From Candidatus Staskawiczbacteria bacterium (GTDB lineage: Bacteria; Patescibacteriota; Minisyncoccia; Minisyncoccales; Staskawiczbacteraceae), in NCBI GenBank assembly GCA_023245155.1, contig JAHFKV010000001.1:139034-203033 (forward strand): a DNA stretch of 64,000 nt, in the 5' to 3' direction. Of the stretch, positions 25,552 through 34,429 are shown in pieces. The notes under the pieces were generated by a model. The model did no database searches. It saw nothing but the letters and a program-made list of their open reading frames with translations, and was not told where the DNA came from. The position numbers and the translations under genes were made by a program. Position 1 is the first letter of the stretch. Every line of letters begins with the position of its first letter.

Positions 25552-25998
25552 ATGAAAAAGTTTCTTAAAGTATTTTTTGCATCATCTGCGCTAATGTTAA
25601 TGCTCTCAGGAGTAGCCTTTGCCTATGGGCCGGGTTGTGACGCTGTTACCCATAAAGACCCTGCTGCCACTGGAATCGTGCCCTGCGGAGTCAGCAAAGA
25701 CGCCACCGGAGTATTAACCTGCCCCTGCGAAATACCCCATTTTTTCATCATGATACGAAATGTTTATATTTTCGTTACCTGGACCATTGCCTTACCGCTA
25801 GCCGGGCTACTCATTGTGATTGGGGGAGTGTTGCTGATTATTTCAGGTGCCAACCAGAACATGTTTGATTTAGGAAAAAGGCTGTTGTGGGGCGCATTCT
25901 GGGGAGTGGTGCTGGTCTTTTGCGCCTGGATTATTATTAATATTATTTTCATGACATTGGGAATTAATATGAACCCTGGGGCAATATTTTTCACGTAA
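25552..25998 (+). CDS. T4SS pilin-like (TrbC/VirB2-like) small membrane protein
   Basis: Signal peptide and Cys-rich stretch, then two TM helices joined by ISGANQNMFDLGKRL. Same architecture as the N-terminus of 42806..44446. Confidence 0.55.
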   Translation: MKKFLKVFFASSALMLMLSGVAFAYGPGCDAVTHKDPAATGIVPCGVSKDATGVLTCPCEIPHFFIMIRNVYIFVTWTIALPLAGLLIVIGGVLLIISGANQNMFDLGKRLLWGAFWGVVLVFCAWIIINIIFMTLGINMNPGAIFFT

Positions 25999-26022
25999 CA
26001 ACTATTGTAGTCCAGTATCCCT

Positions 26023-26775
26023 ATGTGCTATAATAGGGGTATGAATAACTATGCACCACGCAGGAAAAAAGCTATAAAATTAAGAAAAGATGGCTTAAGT
26101 TATGGAGAAATAAAAAAGAAGCTAAACGTTTCAAAAAGTACTTTAAGTTATTGGCTAAAAAATATACCACTCACCGAAGAACAGAAAAAAAGGCTTTACA
26201 TAAAAAATACCTTAGCATTAAACACTGGATATTATAGTCAAAAAGAAAGAAGGGCGCGCGAAGTCGCTGAAATTATAAAAAACGCAGGAAAAGAAATAAG
26301 TGACTTCATATCGCTAGAAAGCTATCGCTTATTTGGGGCAGCGCTCTATTGGGCAGAGGGCAATAAGAAAAATAGCCTAGGAATTACTAACTCCGACCCC
26401 TATCTTATTTTATTTATGGTAAAGTGGTTTGAAAGAGTATTAGGAGCTTCGCCCAAAAAAGATTTAAAAGCCCATCTCAATATTTATCCTCAACAAAACG
26501 AGCAAGATATTAAACAATTTTGGTCGCAATTAACAGGTATCCCCTTAAAAAACTTTGGAAAAAGTTTCGTAAAGCCATTAAGCAAGAATTATAAAAAAAA
26601 TAATTTATATTACGGAACAATAAAAGTTAAGGTGCACAAAGGCACCGACCGAAGACATAGAATTTTTGGATGGATTAAAAAAGTATTAAAAGATATCACA
26701 CCAAGAACAGAACTAATTCAGCAGGAATGGAGAAAACTCACCGAGGTTTCGCGAGCAATTAATTTACCAAAATAA
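26023..26775 (+). CDS. HTH-domain protein with possible LAGLIDADG-like endonuclease core
   Basis: N-terminal LRKDGLSYGEIKKKLNVSKSTLSYWLK (HTH). ALYWAEGNKKNSLGITNSDPYLILFMVKWF resembles a degenerate LAGLIDADG block. Ends 5 nt before tRNA-Lys. Confidence 0.4.
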   Translation: MCYNRGMNNYAPRRKKAIKLRKDGLSYGEIKKKLNVSKSTLSYWLKNIPLTEEQKKRLYIKNTLALNTGYYSQKERRAREVAEIIKNAGKEISDFISLESYRLFGAALYWAEGNKKNSLGITNSDPYLILFMVKWFERVLGASPKKDLKAHLNIYPQQNEQDIKQFWSQLTGIPLKNFGKSFVKPLSKNYKKNNLYYGTIKVKVHKGTDRRHRIFGWIKKVLKDITPRTELIQQEWRKLTEVSRAINLPK

Positions 26776-26780
26776 TACTT

Positions 26781-26853
26781 GCGCCTGTAGCTCAGTTGGT
26801 AGAGCTCCCGACTCTTAATCGGATGGTCCTGGGTTCGAGCCCCAGCGGGCGCA
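26781..26853 (+). tRNA. tRNA-Lys(CTT)
   Basis: Acceptor gcgcctg/cgggcgc. Anticodon loop ctCTTaa. T-loop ggttcgagccc. Confidence 0.85.
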
Positions 26854-26856
26854 CTC

Positions 26857-26885
26857 TTTACAAATCCGCGTAAATATACTATAAG
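26857..26885 (+). promoter_or_regulatory. putative promoter of rpsO (TTTACA-17 nt-TATAAG)
   Basis: Hexamers at 26857-26862 and 26880-26885 with a 17-nt spacer. Confidence 0.4.
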
Positions 26886-26932
26886 TAACATATTAAATAA
26901 ACAGGCTAGCCGGAAGCTGGTCGTAACAAACA

Positions 26933-27199
26933 ATGCTCAAGAAAGAAGCAAAATCAAAAATAGTGAAAGACTTGGGGATTAACGCCAAAGACACCGGTTC
27001 AGCTGACGTGCAAATCGGACTGCTTTCAGAAGAAATGGATAAATTAGTAGGACACCTCAAAGAACATCCCAAAGATTTGCATTCAAAACGGGGGTTGATT
27101 GGCATGGTGGTAAAACGCAAGAAATTGCTGGCCTATTTAAAAAAAGATAACGAAAAAAGGTATAACGAAGTGATTAAAAAAATCGGGCTCAAAAAATAG
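26933..27199 (+). CDS. rpsO: 30S ribosomal protein S15
   Basis: 88 aa with DTGSADVQIGLLSEEMDKLVGHLKEHPKDLHSKRGL. Confidence 0.95.
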   Translation: MLKKEAKSKIVKDLGINAKDTGSADVQIGLLSEEMDKLVGHLKEHPKDLHSKRGLIGMVVKRKKLLAYLKKDNEKRYNEVIKKIGLKK

Positions 27200-27702
27200 T
27201 GATGCTTACCAAGTCCAAAGAACAACGAGTGGAAGTATTGATCGATGTCCAGAATTTATACTATTCTGCCAGAAACCTTTACCAATCCAAAGTTAATTTC
27301 GCCAAAGTGTTAGAAACTGCCATCTCCGGCAGAAAGTTTATCCGCGCATTCGGATATGTAGTCCGAACAAAAACCGGCGAAGAAAAGCCGTTTTTTGATG
27401 CGTTAAGCAAATTGGGCATTGAAACCCGCGTGCGAGATTTGCAAGAATTTTACGGCGGAGCCAAAAAAGCCGACTGGGACGTGGGAATTGTGATTGACGC
27501 CATTCGGACTTCGCCGGGATTGGACGTTATTGTCCTAGCCTCGGGTGATGGTGATTTTATTCCCCTGGTGGAATATTTAAAAAACCAAGGCAAGCGCGTG
27601 GAAATTCTAGCCTTTGGAAAAACCACGTCAGGGAAGCTCATTGAAACTGCAGATGAATTTATTGATTTGGATGAGGCAGAAAAGTATTTGTTGAGGAAGT
27701 GA
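27199..27702 (+). CDS. NYN-domain (LabA/DUF88-like) protein
   Basis: VLIDVQNLYYSA...DWDVGIVIDA...VLASGDGDFIPLVEYLKNQGKRVEILAF. Confidence 0.8.
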   Translation: MMLTKSKEQRVEVLIDVQNLYYSARNLYQSKVNFAKVLETAISGRKFIRAFGYVVRTKTGEEKPFFDALSKLGIETRVRDLQEFYGGAKKADWDVGIVIDAIRTSPGLDVIVLASGDGDFIPLVEYLKNQGKRVEILAFGKTTSGKLIETADEFIDLDEAEKYLLRK

Positions 27703-28292
27703 TGAAACAGATTTCTACACTAACTGGAATTTTAATTATTGTGGCCGCCGCGGCGGTGCTTTTTGGCGGAGTGTTTGGGTGGGAATACTATGTAAATCCA
27801 AATTTTACAAATATAAACCTTAATCAAGTTCAGAGTAAAAAATTAAAAAATGTCACAGTATCTCTATCCGAAGAAAGTATTCTAAGCGCAATCGAAAAAC
27901 TTGAGTCGGTAAAGTTGCAAAAGTATAATAATCTCTATAGAAGTGCTCCCGAGGGTGGGCAGGGAATTAGCTGGTACAGCCTCGATTCCATAACTAAAGG
28001 TGATATTAATGGCGACGGATTAGAAGATGCTTTCACTTCGAGTACCGGATGCGGTGCATCTTGTGGCAGTGCTTTCGCGGTAATACTTAATCAAAAAGAC
28101 ACGCCGCCGAAAGCATTCAGAGTTTTTCCGCCATACCTTGTAGCATCGGGCGCGGCGCAATACAGCGTGAATAATATAACCATACACAATGACACAATAT
28201 CTATTGAAGTAAATATTCCCCAATTTGACGGCCAGATAACAAAATCTACGTTAAATTATAAACTTACTAATGAAAATTTAGAAAAAATATAA
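27699..28292 (+). CDS. hypothetical membrane-anchored protein
   Basis: N-terminal TM helix and a GDINGDGLEDAF (FG-GAP-like) stretch. Otherwise unknown. Confidence 0.45.
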   Translation: MMKQISTLTGILIIVAAAAVLFGGVFGWEYYVNPNFTNINLNQVQSKKLKNVTVSLSEESILSAIEKLESVKLQKYNNLYRSAPEGGQGISWYSLDSITKGDINGDGLEDAFTSSTGCGASCGSAFAVILNQKDTPPKAFRVFPPYLVASGAAQYSVNNITIHNDTISIEVNIPQFDGQITKSTLNYKLTNENLEKI

Positions 28293-28396
28293 AAATAAAT
28301 AACCTGTGGCCTCAATAAAGAGAATATCAGCCGAATGTTCCGAAAAAATCTTCGGAGTATGCGAATGAAATTCTCTCTTGAGCCGCAAAAAACAAT

Positions 28397-30514
28397 ATGG
28401 AAATAGAAAAATTTGAGTTAGAAGTGGGGGGCAAAACATTAAAAATCACTATCAACGACTGGGCGGTGCAAGCCGGCGGTTCTTGCTTGGTGCAATATGG
28501 CGAAACCGTGGTAATTGCCAACGCCACCATGAGCCAACAAACCAAAGAAGGCATTGATTTTTTCCCCTTAACAACCGAGTACGAAGAAAAGTTTTACGCC
28601 GCTGGGAAAATTTATGGCAGCCGATTTTTAAAGAGAGAATCAAGGCCAACTGACGAAGCCATTTTAACTTCCAGAATGATTGACCGTGCGATAAGACCTT
28701 TATTCCCCAAAGACTTTAAAAAAGAAGTACAGGTAATTGCCACGGTGCTTAGTTGGGACGGAGAAAACGACCCCGATGTGCCGGCCTTTATTGCCGCCTC
28801 TTTTGCTTTAGCCATTTCACCGATTCCCTGGAACGGACCATTAGGGGGCATTCGTGTTGGCCGCGTGGGTGAAAAACTTATCTTAAACCCGACATACAAA
28901 GAAAGAGCCGAGGGTGATATGGATTTAACCATTACCGCACTGACAAAAAATGGTGAGCTTTTGGTAAACATGATTGAAATGGGAGCCAAAGAGGTTAGTG
29001 AAGATGATGTCATGGCCGCCACTAAATTTGCTGAAGAGTCCCTAAAAAGTCTAATTGATTTTCAGGTAAAAAATGCTAAAAAAATTGGTAAAGCTAAAGC
29101 CGAGTTTGTGCCAGCTGTGGAAAGTGGCATTAGCGCTGACATTAAAGAATTTTTGGGCAGCAAATTGGATGACGCCATTACTAACGCCAAAGCAGGAGAA
29201 AAAAATATGGATGTAGTGGACACGCTTAAGGCCGAATTAGTAAAACATATTGATGCTAAATATCCTGACGAGGGCAAGGGTAAACAAGTGCTGCCATACT
29301 TTGAGAAAGAAACCGAAAGAATTATTATCAGAAATATTCTGGAGAAAAACCAGCGGCCCGATGGCAGAAAACCGGAAGAAATTAGAAACTTAGTGGCAGA
29401 AGTTGGTGTTTTGCCGCGTACTCACGGCAGCGGCGTGTTTCACCGCGGATTAACTAAAGTGCTTTCCATTTTAACTCTTGGCGGCCCGGGCGATGCGCAA
29501 ATTTTAGAAGGCATGGAAATTGTGGGCAAACGCAGATTTATGCACCACTATAATTTTCCTCCATTTTCCACCGGCGAAACTGGGTTTATGCGCGGCCCAA
29601 AGCGCCGCGAAATCGGCCACGGACACTTGGCAGAAAAAGCTTTACTGCCACTTATTCCAGAGCCTTTGAACTTCCCCTACACTATCCGAATTGTATCTGA
29701 AGCCTTGTCTTCAAATGGCTCAACTTCCATGGCTTCGGTATGCGCGGCAACCATAGCGCTTATGGACGCCGGAGTGCCAATTAAAGAACCGGCCGCAGGT
29801 ATTTCTATTGGACTGGCTAAAGATGAGGAGTCAGGAAAATACAAGGTCTTAACCGATATCCAGGGCCCGGAGGACCACTTTGGCGATATGGACTTTAAAG
29901 TAGCTGGAACCAAAAACGGTATCACTGCCATTCAGCTGGATGTAAAGATTGACGGCATCTCAAACGCCATTATGGTGGAAGCATTAACCAAAGCAAAAGA
30001 TGCAAGATTAAAAATTCTTGATATAATAAAAGCACAGATTGCCGCACCAAGGCCGCAGCTTTCTCCCCATGCTCCCAAGATTGCTTCCTTTATGATTAAT
30101 CCGGCTAAAATTGGCGAGGTGGTGGGACCAAAAGGCAGTGTTATCAACAAACTGATTGAAGAATTTGGTGTTACCATTGATATTGAAGACTCGGGCTTAG
30201 TGGCTATTACCGGCCAAGACCAAGCGAAGGTTGATTCATGTGCGGCCAAAATAAAAAGCATTGTACGGGAAGTGGTAATTGGAGAAACCTTTCAAGGAAC
30301 GGTGCGCAAAATTATGGACTTTGGCGCTTTTGTGGACATTTTACCGGGCCAATCGGGCTTGGTGCACATTTCCCAGTTCGTGCCCAATAAAATCGCCAGC
30401 GTTAAAGATGTGGTAAAAGAAGGTGATGTGATTCCGGTAAAAGTGGTAGAAATTGACGCTATGGGCAGAATCAATTTATCAGCCAAAGACGCGGGGTTCA
30501 AACCAAAAAAATAA
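28397..30514 (+). CDS. pnp: polyribonucleotide nucleotidyltransferase (PNPase)
   Basis: Two RNase PH domains, a KH domain (GPKGSVINKLIEEFG) and an S1 domain (GTVRKIMDFGAFVDILPGQSGLVHISQ). rpsO-pnp neighbourhood. Confidence 0.95.
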   Translation: MEIEKFELEVGGKTLKITINDWAVQAGGSCLVQYGETVVIANATMSQQTKEGIDFFPLTTEYEEKFYAAGKIYGSRFLKRESRPTDEAILTSRMIDRAIRPLFPKDFKKEVQVIATVLSWDGENDPDVPAFIAASFALAISPIPWNGPLGGIRVGRVGEKLILNPTYKERAEGDMDLTITALTKNGELLVNMIEMGAKEVSEDDVMAATKFAEESLKSLIDFQVKNAKKIGKAKAEFVPAVESGISADIKEFLGSKLDDAITNAKAGEKNMDVVDTLKAELVKHIDAKYPDEGKGKQVLPYFEKETERIIIRNILEKNQRPDGRKPEEIRNLVAEVGVLPRTHGSGVFHRGLTKVLSILTLGGPGDAQILEGMEIVGKRRFMHHYNFPPFSTGETGFMRGPKRREIGHGHLAEKALLPLIPEPLNFPYTIRIVSEALSSNGSTSMASVCAATIALMDAGVPIKEPAAGISIGLAKDEESGKYKVLTDIQGPEDHFGDMDFKVAGTKNGITAIQLDVKIDGISNAIMVEALTKAKDARLKILDIIKAQIAAPRPQLSPHAPKIASFMINPAKIGEVVGPKGSVINKLIEEFGVTIDIEDSGLVAITGQDQAKVDSCAAKIKSIVREVVIGETFQGTVRKIMDFGAFVDILPGQSGLVHISQFVPNKIASVKDVVKEGDVIPVKVVEIDAMGRINLSAKDAGFKPKK

Positions 30515-31422
30515 TGGCAATAGAAACACAACAGCCTCAGGGGAAAATTTTGTTCAAGCGAACCGATATTGTCACCATGAAAAAAGACATTAAGATGTTG
30601 CGCGAGCTTGATGCCCGCAAAGAAGGTGAAAAAATATTGGCTCCAAAAACAACGGTAGCCCCAGCCCAGCCCGTGCTCCAACCTAAAAGCACCAACATTC
30701 CTATCGAAGAAAAAGTTGTTGAACAGATTCATCAACAAGATCAGGAAAAGATGGCCAAGGCACGCCCCTACGCCTCAGAGGCCGAAAAGCAACAAATTTT
30801 TACTTTAGAAACGCAAATCGCCGATATCAAAAAGCAACTACAATCACTGGGGACGCAGGAACAGCCTTCTCTGAATTTGAAAAAAAATCAAGTTTTATTA
30901 CAACAAGAACAGCAAAAAAAACAGTTAGATGAACTTATTAAAGAAGAGGAAAAAATTGGCAAAGAAATCGCCGTGGTGGAAAAAGCAGAAAGCACCATTA
31001 CGGTGCCCACTGAACGATCCCACTTAGAACGCGAACGGGCAGCTATGGAAAATAAACGCCAGGAAACAGAAAAAAAGCGCTGGGCAGCCGAACAAGACCT
31101 GTCAAAGCTTAATGACCAGATGAAAGGATTAGAGGCAAATTATCAAGGATTTGGGGATCAAGAAACAGCCTTGAAGGAAAAAATAGCAAAGATTAATGAT
31201 TCATTGCGGGCCATTTACGCGGAAATTATCCAGCGCGAAAACAGCAAGCCGAAAGCCGTGCCAACCCTCACCCCAGAGCCAAAATCAACTCCCGCCAAGA
31301 TTGTCTCATCTGCCTTTGTCCCGCCAAAGCGAGACGATGGCGCAGCAAAGGAAAATGAACAGCGGAAAAAGTTCATGGAAGATATTGAGGCGTGGGCTAA
31401 TTCTTCAGATAAAAAATCTTAA
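30514..31422 (+). CDS. hypothetical coiled-coil protein
   Basis: 302 aa, Q/E/K-rich with heptad-like composition. No family recognised. Confidence 0.45.
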   Translation: MAIETQQPQGKILFKRTDIVTMKKDIKMLRELDARKEGEKILAPKTTVAPAQPVLQPKSTNIPIEEKVVEQIHQQDQEKMAKARPYASEAEKQQIFTLETQIADIKKQLQSLGTQEQPSLNLKKNQVLLQQEQQKKQLDELIKEEEKIGKEIAVVEKAESTITVPTERSHLERERAAMENKRQETEKKRWAAEQDLSKLNDQMKGLEANYQGFGDQETALKEKIAKINDSLRAIYAEIIQRENSKPKAVPTLTPEPKSTPAKIVSSAFVPPKRDDGAAKENEQRKKFMEDIEAWANSSDKKS

Positions 31423-31427
31423 AAATC

Positions 31428-31784
31428 ATGCAAAAAAATTTGATTGACGGGCTAAAAGTAAAATTAGAACAAGAAAAAGCCACGCTAGAAAAAGAGCTGG
31501 CTAGCTTTGCCGTTGAAGACAAACACATGAAAGGCAATTGGGACGCCAAACGCCAAAACAACGAAGATTCCGACATGGAAGAGAAAGCTGATGAAGTGGA
31601 AGAATATGATAATCTCTTAAGCCTGGAACACAGCCTGGAATTGAAATTAAAAAATGTGAACATGGCACTGGAAAAAATAACGGCGGGCACCTATGGCACA
31701 TGCGGAAAGTGCGCCAAGGAGATTGAAACGGATCGACTCCAAGTAGCTCCAGAGGCTCGGCTTTGCATGAACTGCAATAGCTAA
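31428..31784 (+). CDS. DksA/TraR-family C4 zinc-finger protein
   Basis: C-terminal GTYGTCGKCAKEIETDRLQVAPEARLCMNC four-Cys finger after a coiled-coil region. Confidence 0.75.
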   Translation: MQKNLIDGLKVKLEQEKATLEKELASFAVEDKHMKGNWDAKRQNNEDSDMEEKADEVEEYDNLLSLEHSLELKLKNVNMALEKITAGTYGTCGKCAKEIETDRLQVAPEARLCMNCNS

Positions 31785-31796
31785 TTTAACGTATTC

Positions 31797-33314
31797 ATGC
31801 CAAGCAAAGTTTTTTCAGCCGCTATCGTCGGATTGGACGCCAAACTAGTGGAAGTGGAAGTAGATGTGGCGCAAGGCCTACGGTCTTTTACCATTGTCGG
31901 CTTGCCCGACAAAGCCATTAACGAATCCGAGGAGCGCGTGGATTCGGCCATCAAAAGTTCCAAATTACTGTCGCCTCATTCGCGCACGTTTAAAGTGCTC
32001 GTCAATCTGGCGCCGGCGGATGTAAAAAAAGAGGGGTCGTTGTATGATTTGCCAATTTCGTTGGCTTTTTTAATTGCTTCAAAACAAACCAACTTTAATC
32101 CGGCCGGTAAAATATTTTTGGGCGAATTGTCGCTGGATGGGAGGCTGCGGCCAATCAAAGGCGCGCTGTCGTTTGCCATTATGGCGCAAAAGCAGGGGAT
32201 TAAAGAAATTATTTTGCCTTTGCAAAATGCCGGCGAAGCTTCGCTGATAAAAAGTGTAAAGATTATCGGCGTAGAATCATTGGCCGAAACACTGGCTTAT
32301 TTAGAAAACAGAAAACAAATTGTGCCGACGCCCGCGCCCGCAGGCGCGGGCCAAACCCAAGAAACCGGCTTGGATATCAGTTGGATTCAAGGCCAAGAAT
32401 ATGCCAAGCGAGCGCTGGAAATTACCGCCGCTGGCGCCCATAACTTATTTTTCTTCGGACCGCCTGGAGGTGGAAAAAGTTTGCTGGCCAAAGCCCTGCC
32501 CTCTATTTTACCCTCACTCAACTTTGAAGAAGCTTTGGAGGTGACCAAAATTTACAGCGTGGCCGGTTTACTGCCTGAAGGCCAGACCCTCATGAATTAT
32601 CGGCCATTCCGCCAACCTCACCACGTTTCTTCTGATGTGGCTTTAGTGGGCGGGGGAAATCCGCCGCGGCCCGGTGAAATTACCCTGGCGCACCGGGGCG
32701 TACTTTTTTTGGACGAATTCCCCGAATTCCACCGGGATGTTTTGGAATCCTTACGCCAGCCGATTGAAGACGGGTTCATCAGCATTTCCCGAGCCAAACA
32801 TTCCTTCACCTTTCCCAGCCGTTTTATGTTGGTGGCCGCCAGCAATCCCTGCCCCTGCGGTTATTTAAACAGCCCAGACCATCCCTGTACCTGCGGGCCG
32901 GGAGCCATTGCCATGTATAAACGCAAACTTTCCGGACCTTTAATGGACCGGATGGATTTGTTCTTAGAGGTACCCGCGGTTAAATACGATAAATTAGCCA
33001 CCACAACCACCAGCAATCAAAGCGGAGTGGTCAAACAGAGAATAGAACAGGCACGGGAAATCCAAGCCAAACGTTTTACCGGTGAAAAAATTTTGGTAAA
33101 TGCGGAAATGCAGATCCCCCACATAAAAAAATACTGCCAATATGATGCAGCATCAGAAAACTTGCTCAAAAAATATGTGGATTCGGGCAAACTTTCAGCC
33201 CGCGGTTACCATCGGGTTTTGAAAGTGGCCCGTACCATTGCCGACTTAGCCGGCTCTGCCAACCTTCAACAAAACCACATTAGTGAAGCCTTAATGTACC
33301 GGACTACCGTTTAA
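31797..33314 (+). CDS. YifB/ComM-family Mg-chelatase-like AAA+ ATPase
   Basis: N-terminal Lon-protease-like domain, Walker A GPPGGGKS, Walker B GVLFLDEFPEF, and a C-terminal ChlI-like region. Confidence 0.9.
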   Translation: MPSKVFSAAIVGLDAKLVEVEVDVAQGLRSFTIVGLPDKAINESEERVDSAIKSSKLLSPHSRTFKVLVNLAPADVKKEGSLYDLPISLAFLIASKQTNFNPAGKIFLGELSLDGRLRPIKGALSFAIMAQKQGIKEIILPLQNAGEASLIKSVKIIGVESLAETLAYLENRKQIVPTPAPAGAGQTQETGLDISWIQGQEYAKRALEITAAGAHNLFFFGPPGGGKSLLAKALPSILPSLNFEEALEVTKIYSVAGLLPEGQTLMNYRPFRQPHHVSSDVALVGGGNPPRPGEITLAHRGVLFLDEFPEFHRDVLESLRQPIEDGFISISRAKHSFTFPSRFMLVAASNPCPCGYLNSPDHPCTCGPGAIAMYKRKLSGPLMDRMDLFLEVPAVKYDKLATTTTSNQSGVVKQRIEQAREIQAKRFTGEKILVNAEMQIPHIKKYCQYDAASENLLKKYVDSGKLSARGYHRVLKVARTIADLAGSANLQQNHISEALMYRTTV

Positions 33315-34379
33315 GAATTGGGTGTGAACAGGGTACCCCGCCAAAGGATTGGCATATCCGCCCATTACTTGGAAGTGCACATGACAGCCAGTAGCCTCGA
33401 TGCCTGTTCGGCCCACCAAGCCAATTTGGTCTCCAACGGTGACGTGGCTTCCAACTGAAACCAAGATAGCAGATTCGTGGCCGTAATAGGTTAAAGCACC
33501 ATTTTCGTGGGCAATAACAATGTAGTAACCGTAGCGGCGGTCAAACGCCGCTTTTTCAACCACACCGGAAGCAGCTGCGTATATGGGATCACCACAACTG
33601 GTAGCCATATCTACGGCGTTAAAGTAATGCAAACCCTGGGTGATAACGAATTTTAACAGCGGCAAGATAAAGAAGCTGTTGGGCAAAGGGGCATAATTTG
33701 CAGCAGGGCGGGCAGGAGCCTGTTGGGTGATAACGCCTCCCAATACAAATACAGGCTGACCCACGTAAACGGTTGAGTCGCCGTTGTTATAGTCTAGAAT
33801 ATCTTGTGTTTTTGCCTTGAATCTGGCTGCAATACTTTCAATCGTATCACCCGATTTTACAATATATAAAATTCCGTCAGCGGGCAAAATCACCAATGAA
33901 TCACCGGTTTTAAGGATTGAATTTTTAGAAAGGTCATTGGGCTGGGCTACGCTTTGCCAGCGTTCAAACCCAAACTGCTGGGCAATAGAAGTAACTGTGT
34001 CTCCCGGCTGAACGGTGTAGTCAGTCACGTCGCTGCGGTTCTGAGTTGTATTTTGGCCACCCATAATGTCTCCCAAGGTTTGGGCGCTAATCACATGGGG
34101 AGTGGCCACGCCATACAAAAAAGCCTCTTGCGAGGTTTTTAAATCTGGGGTTTCTAACGCATGGGCGCTGTTTTGATTAAGATAAGCATCATTGGCATCT
34201 TGGCTCACTCCATTTGAAACTTGGTCAAAAGCCATCAAACCACCGGTGTTGAGCTGGGCTAAGCTGCTGGAACTAAAAAACAGCATACCAAGCAAAATGA
34301 ACGAAAGGAAGCCAAAATAGAGATTGGTTTTCTTCACTAGCATCTGGTTCATTCTACCCTTTCCAAGCACACAGGTCAA
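33291..34379 (-). CDS. LysM-domain M23 peptidoglycan endopeptidase
   Basis: Two LysM repeats (YTVQPGDTVTSIAQQFG, YIVKSGDTIESIAARF) and M23 motifs (HENGALTYYGH, GCHVHFQV). Confidence 0.8.
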   Translation of the reverse strand: MTCVLGKGRMNQMLVKKTNLYFGFLSFILLGMLFFSSSSLAQLNTGGLMAFDQVSNGVSQDANDAYLNQNSAHALETPDLKTSQEAFLYGVATPHVISAQTLGDIMGGQNTTQNRSDVTDYTVQPGDTVTSIAQQFGFERWQSVAQPNDLSKNSILKTGDSLVILPADGILYIVKSGDTIESIAARFKAKTQDILDYNNGDSTVYVGQPVFVLGGVITQQAPARPAANYAPLPNSFFILPLLKFVITQGLHYFNAVDMATSCGDPIYAAASGVVEKAAFDRRYGYYIVIAHENGALTYYGHESAILVSVGSHVTVGDQIGLVGRTGIEATGCHVHFQVMGGYANPLAGYPVHTQFLNGSPVH

Positions 34380-34429
34380 GGTACTGTATAATCCTTTTTA
34401 TTTTTGTCAAATCTGCTATACTAAGCCCC

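Noticed and set aside
28293-28396. pnp leader as a fifth copy of the conserved leader motif
   Set aside because: It has a tccgaa/ttcgga hairpin and AATGAAATTCTCTCTTGAG, which loosely resembles GTGAATTTCTCACTTCG. However, it lacks GTGTCGCAA and the CCAAATTC-ATG tail, so the similarity is too weak to call.
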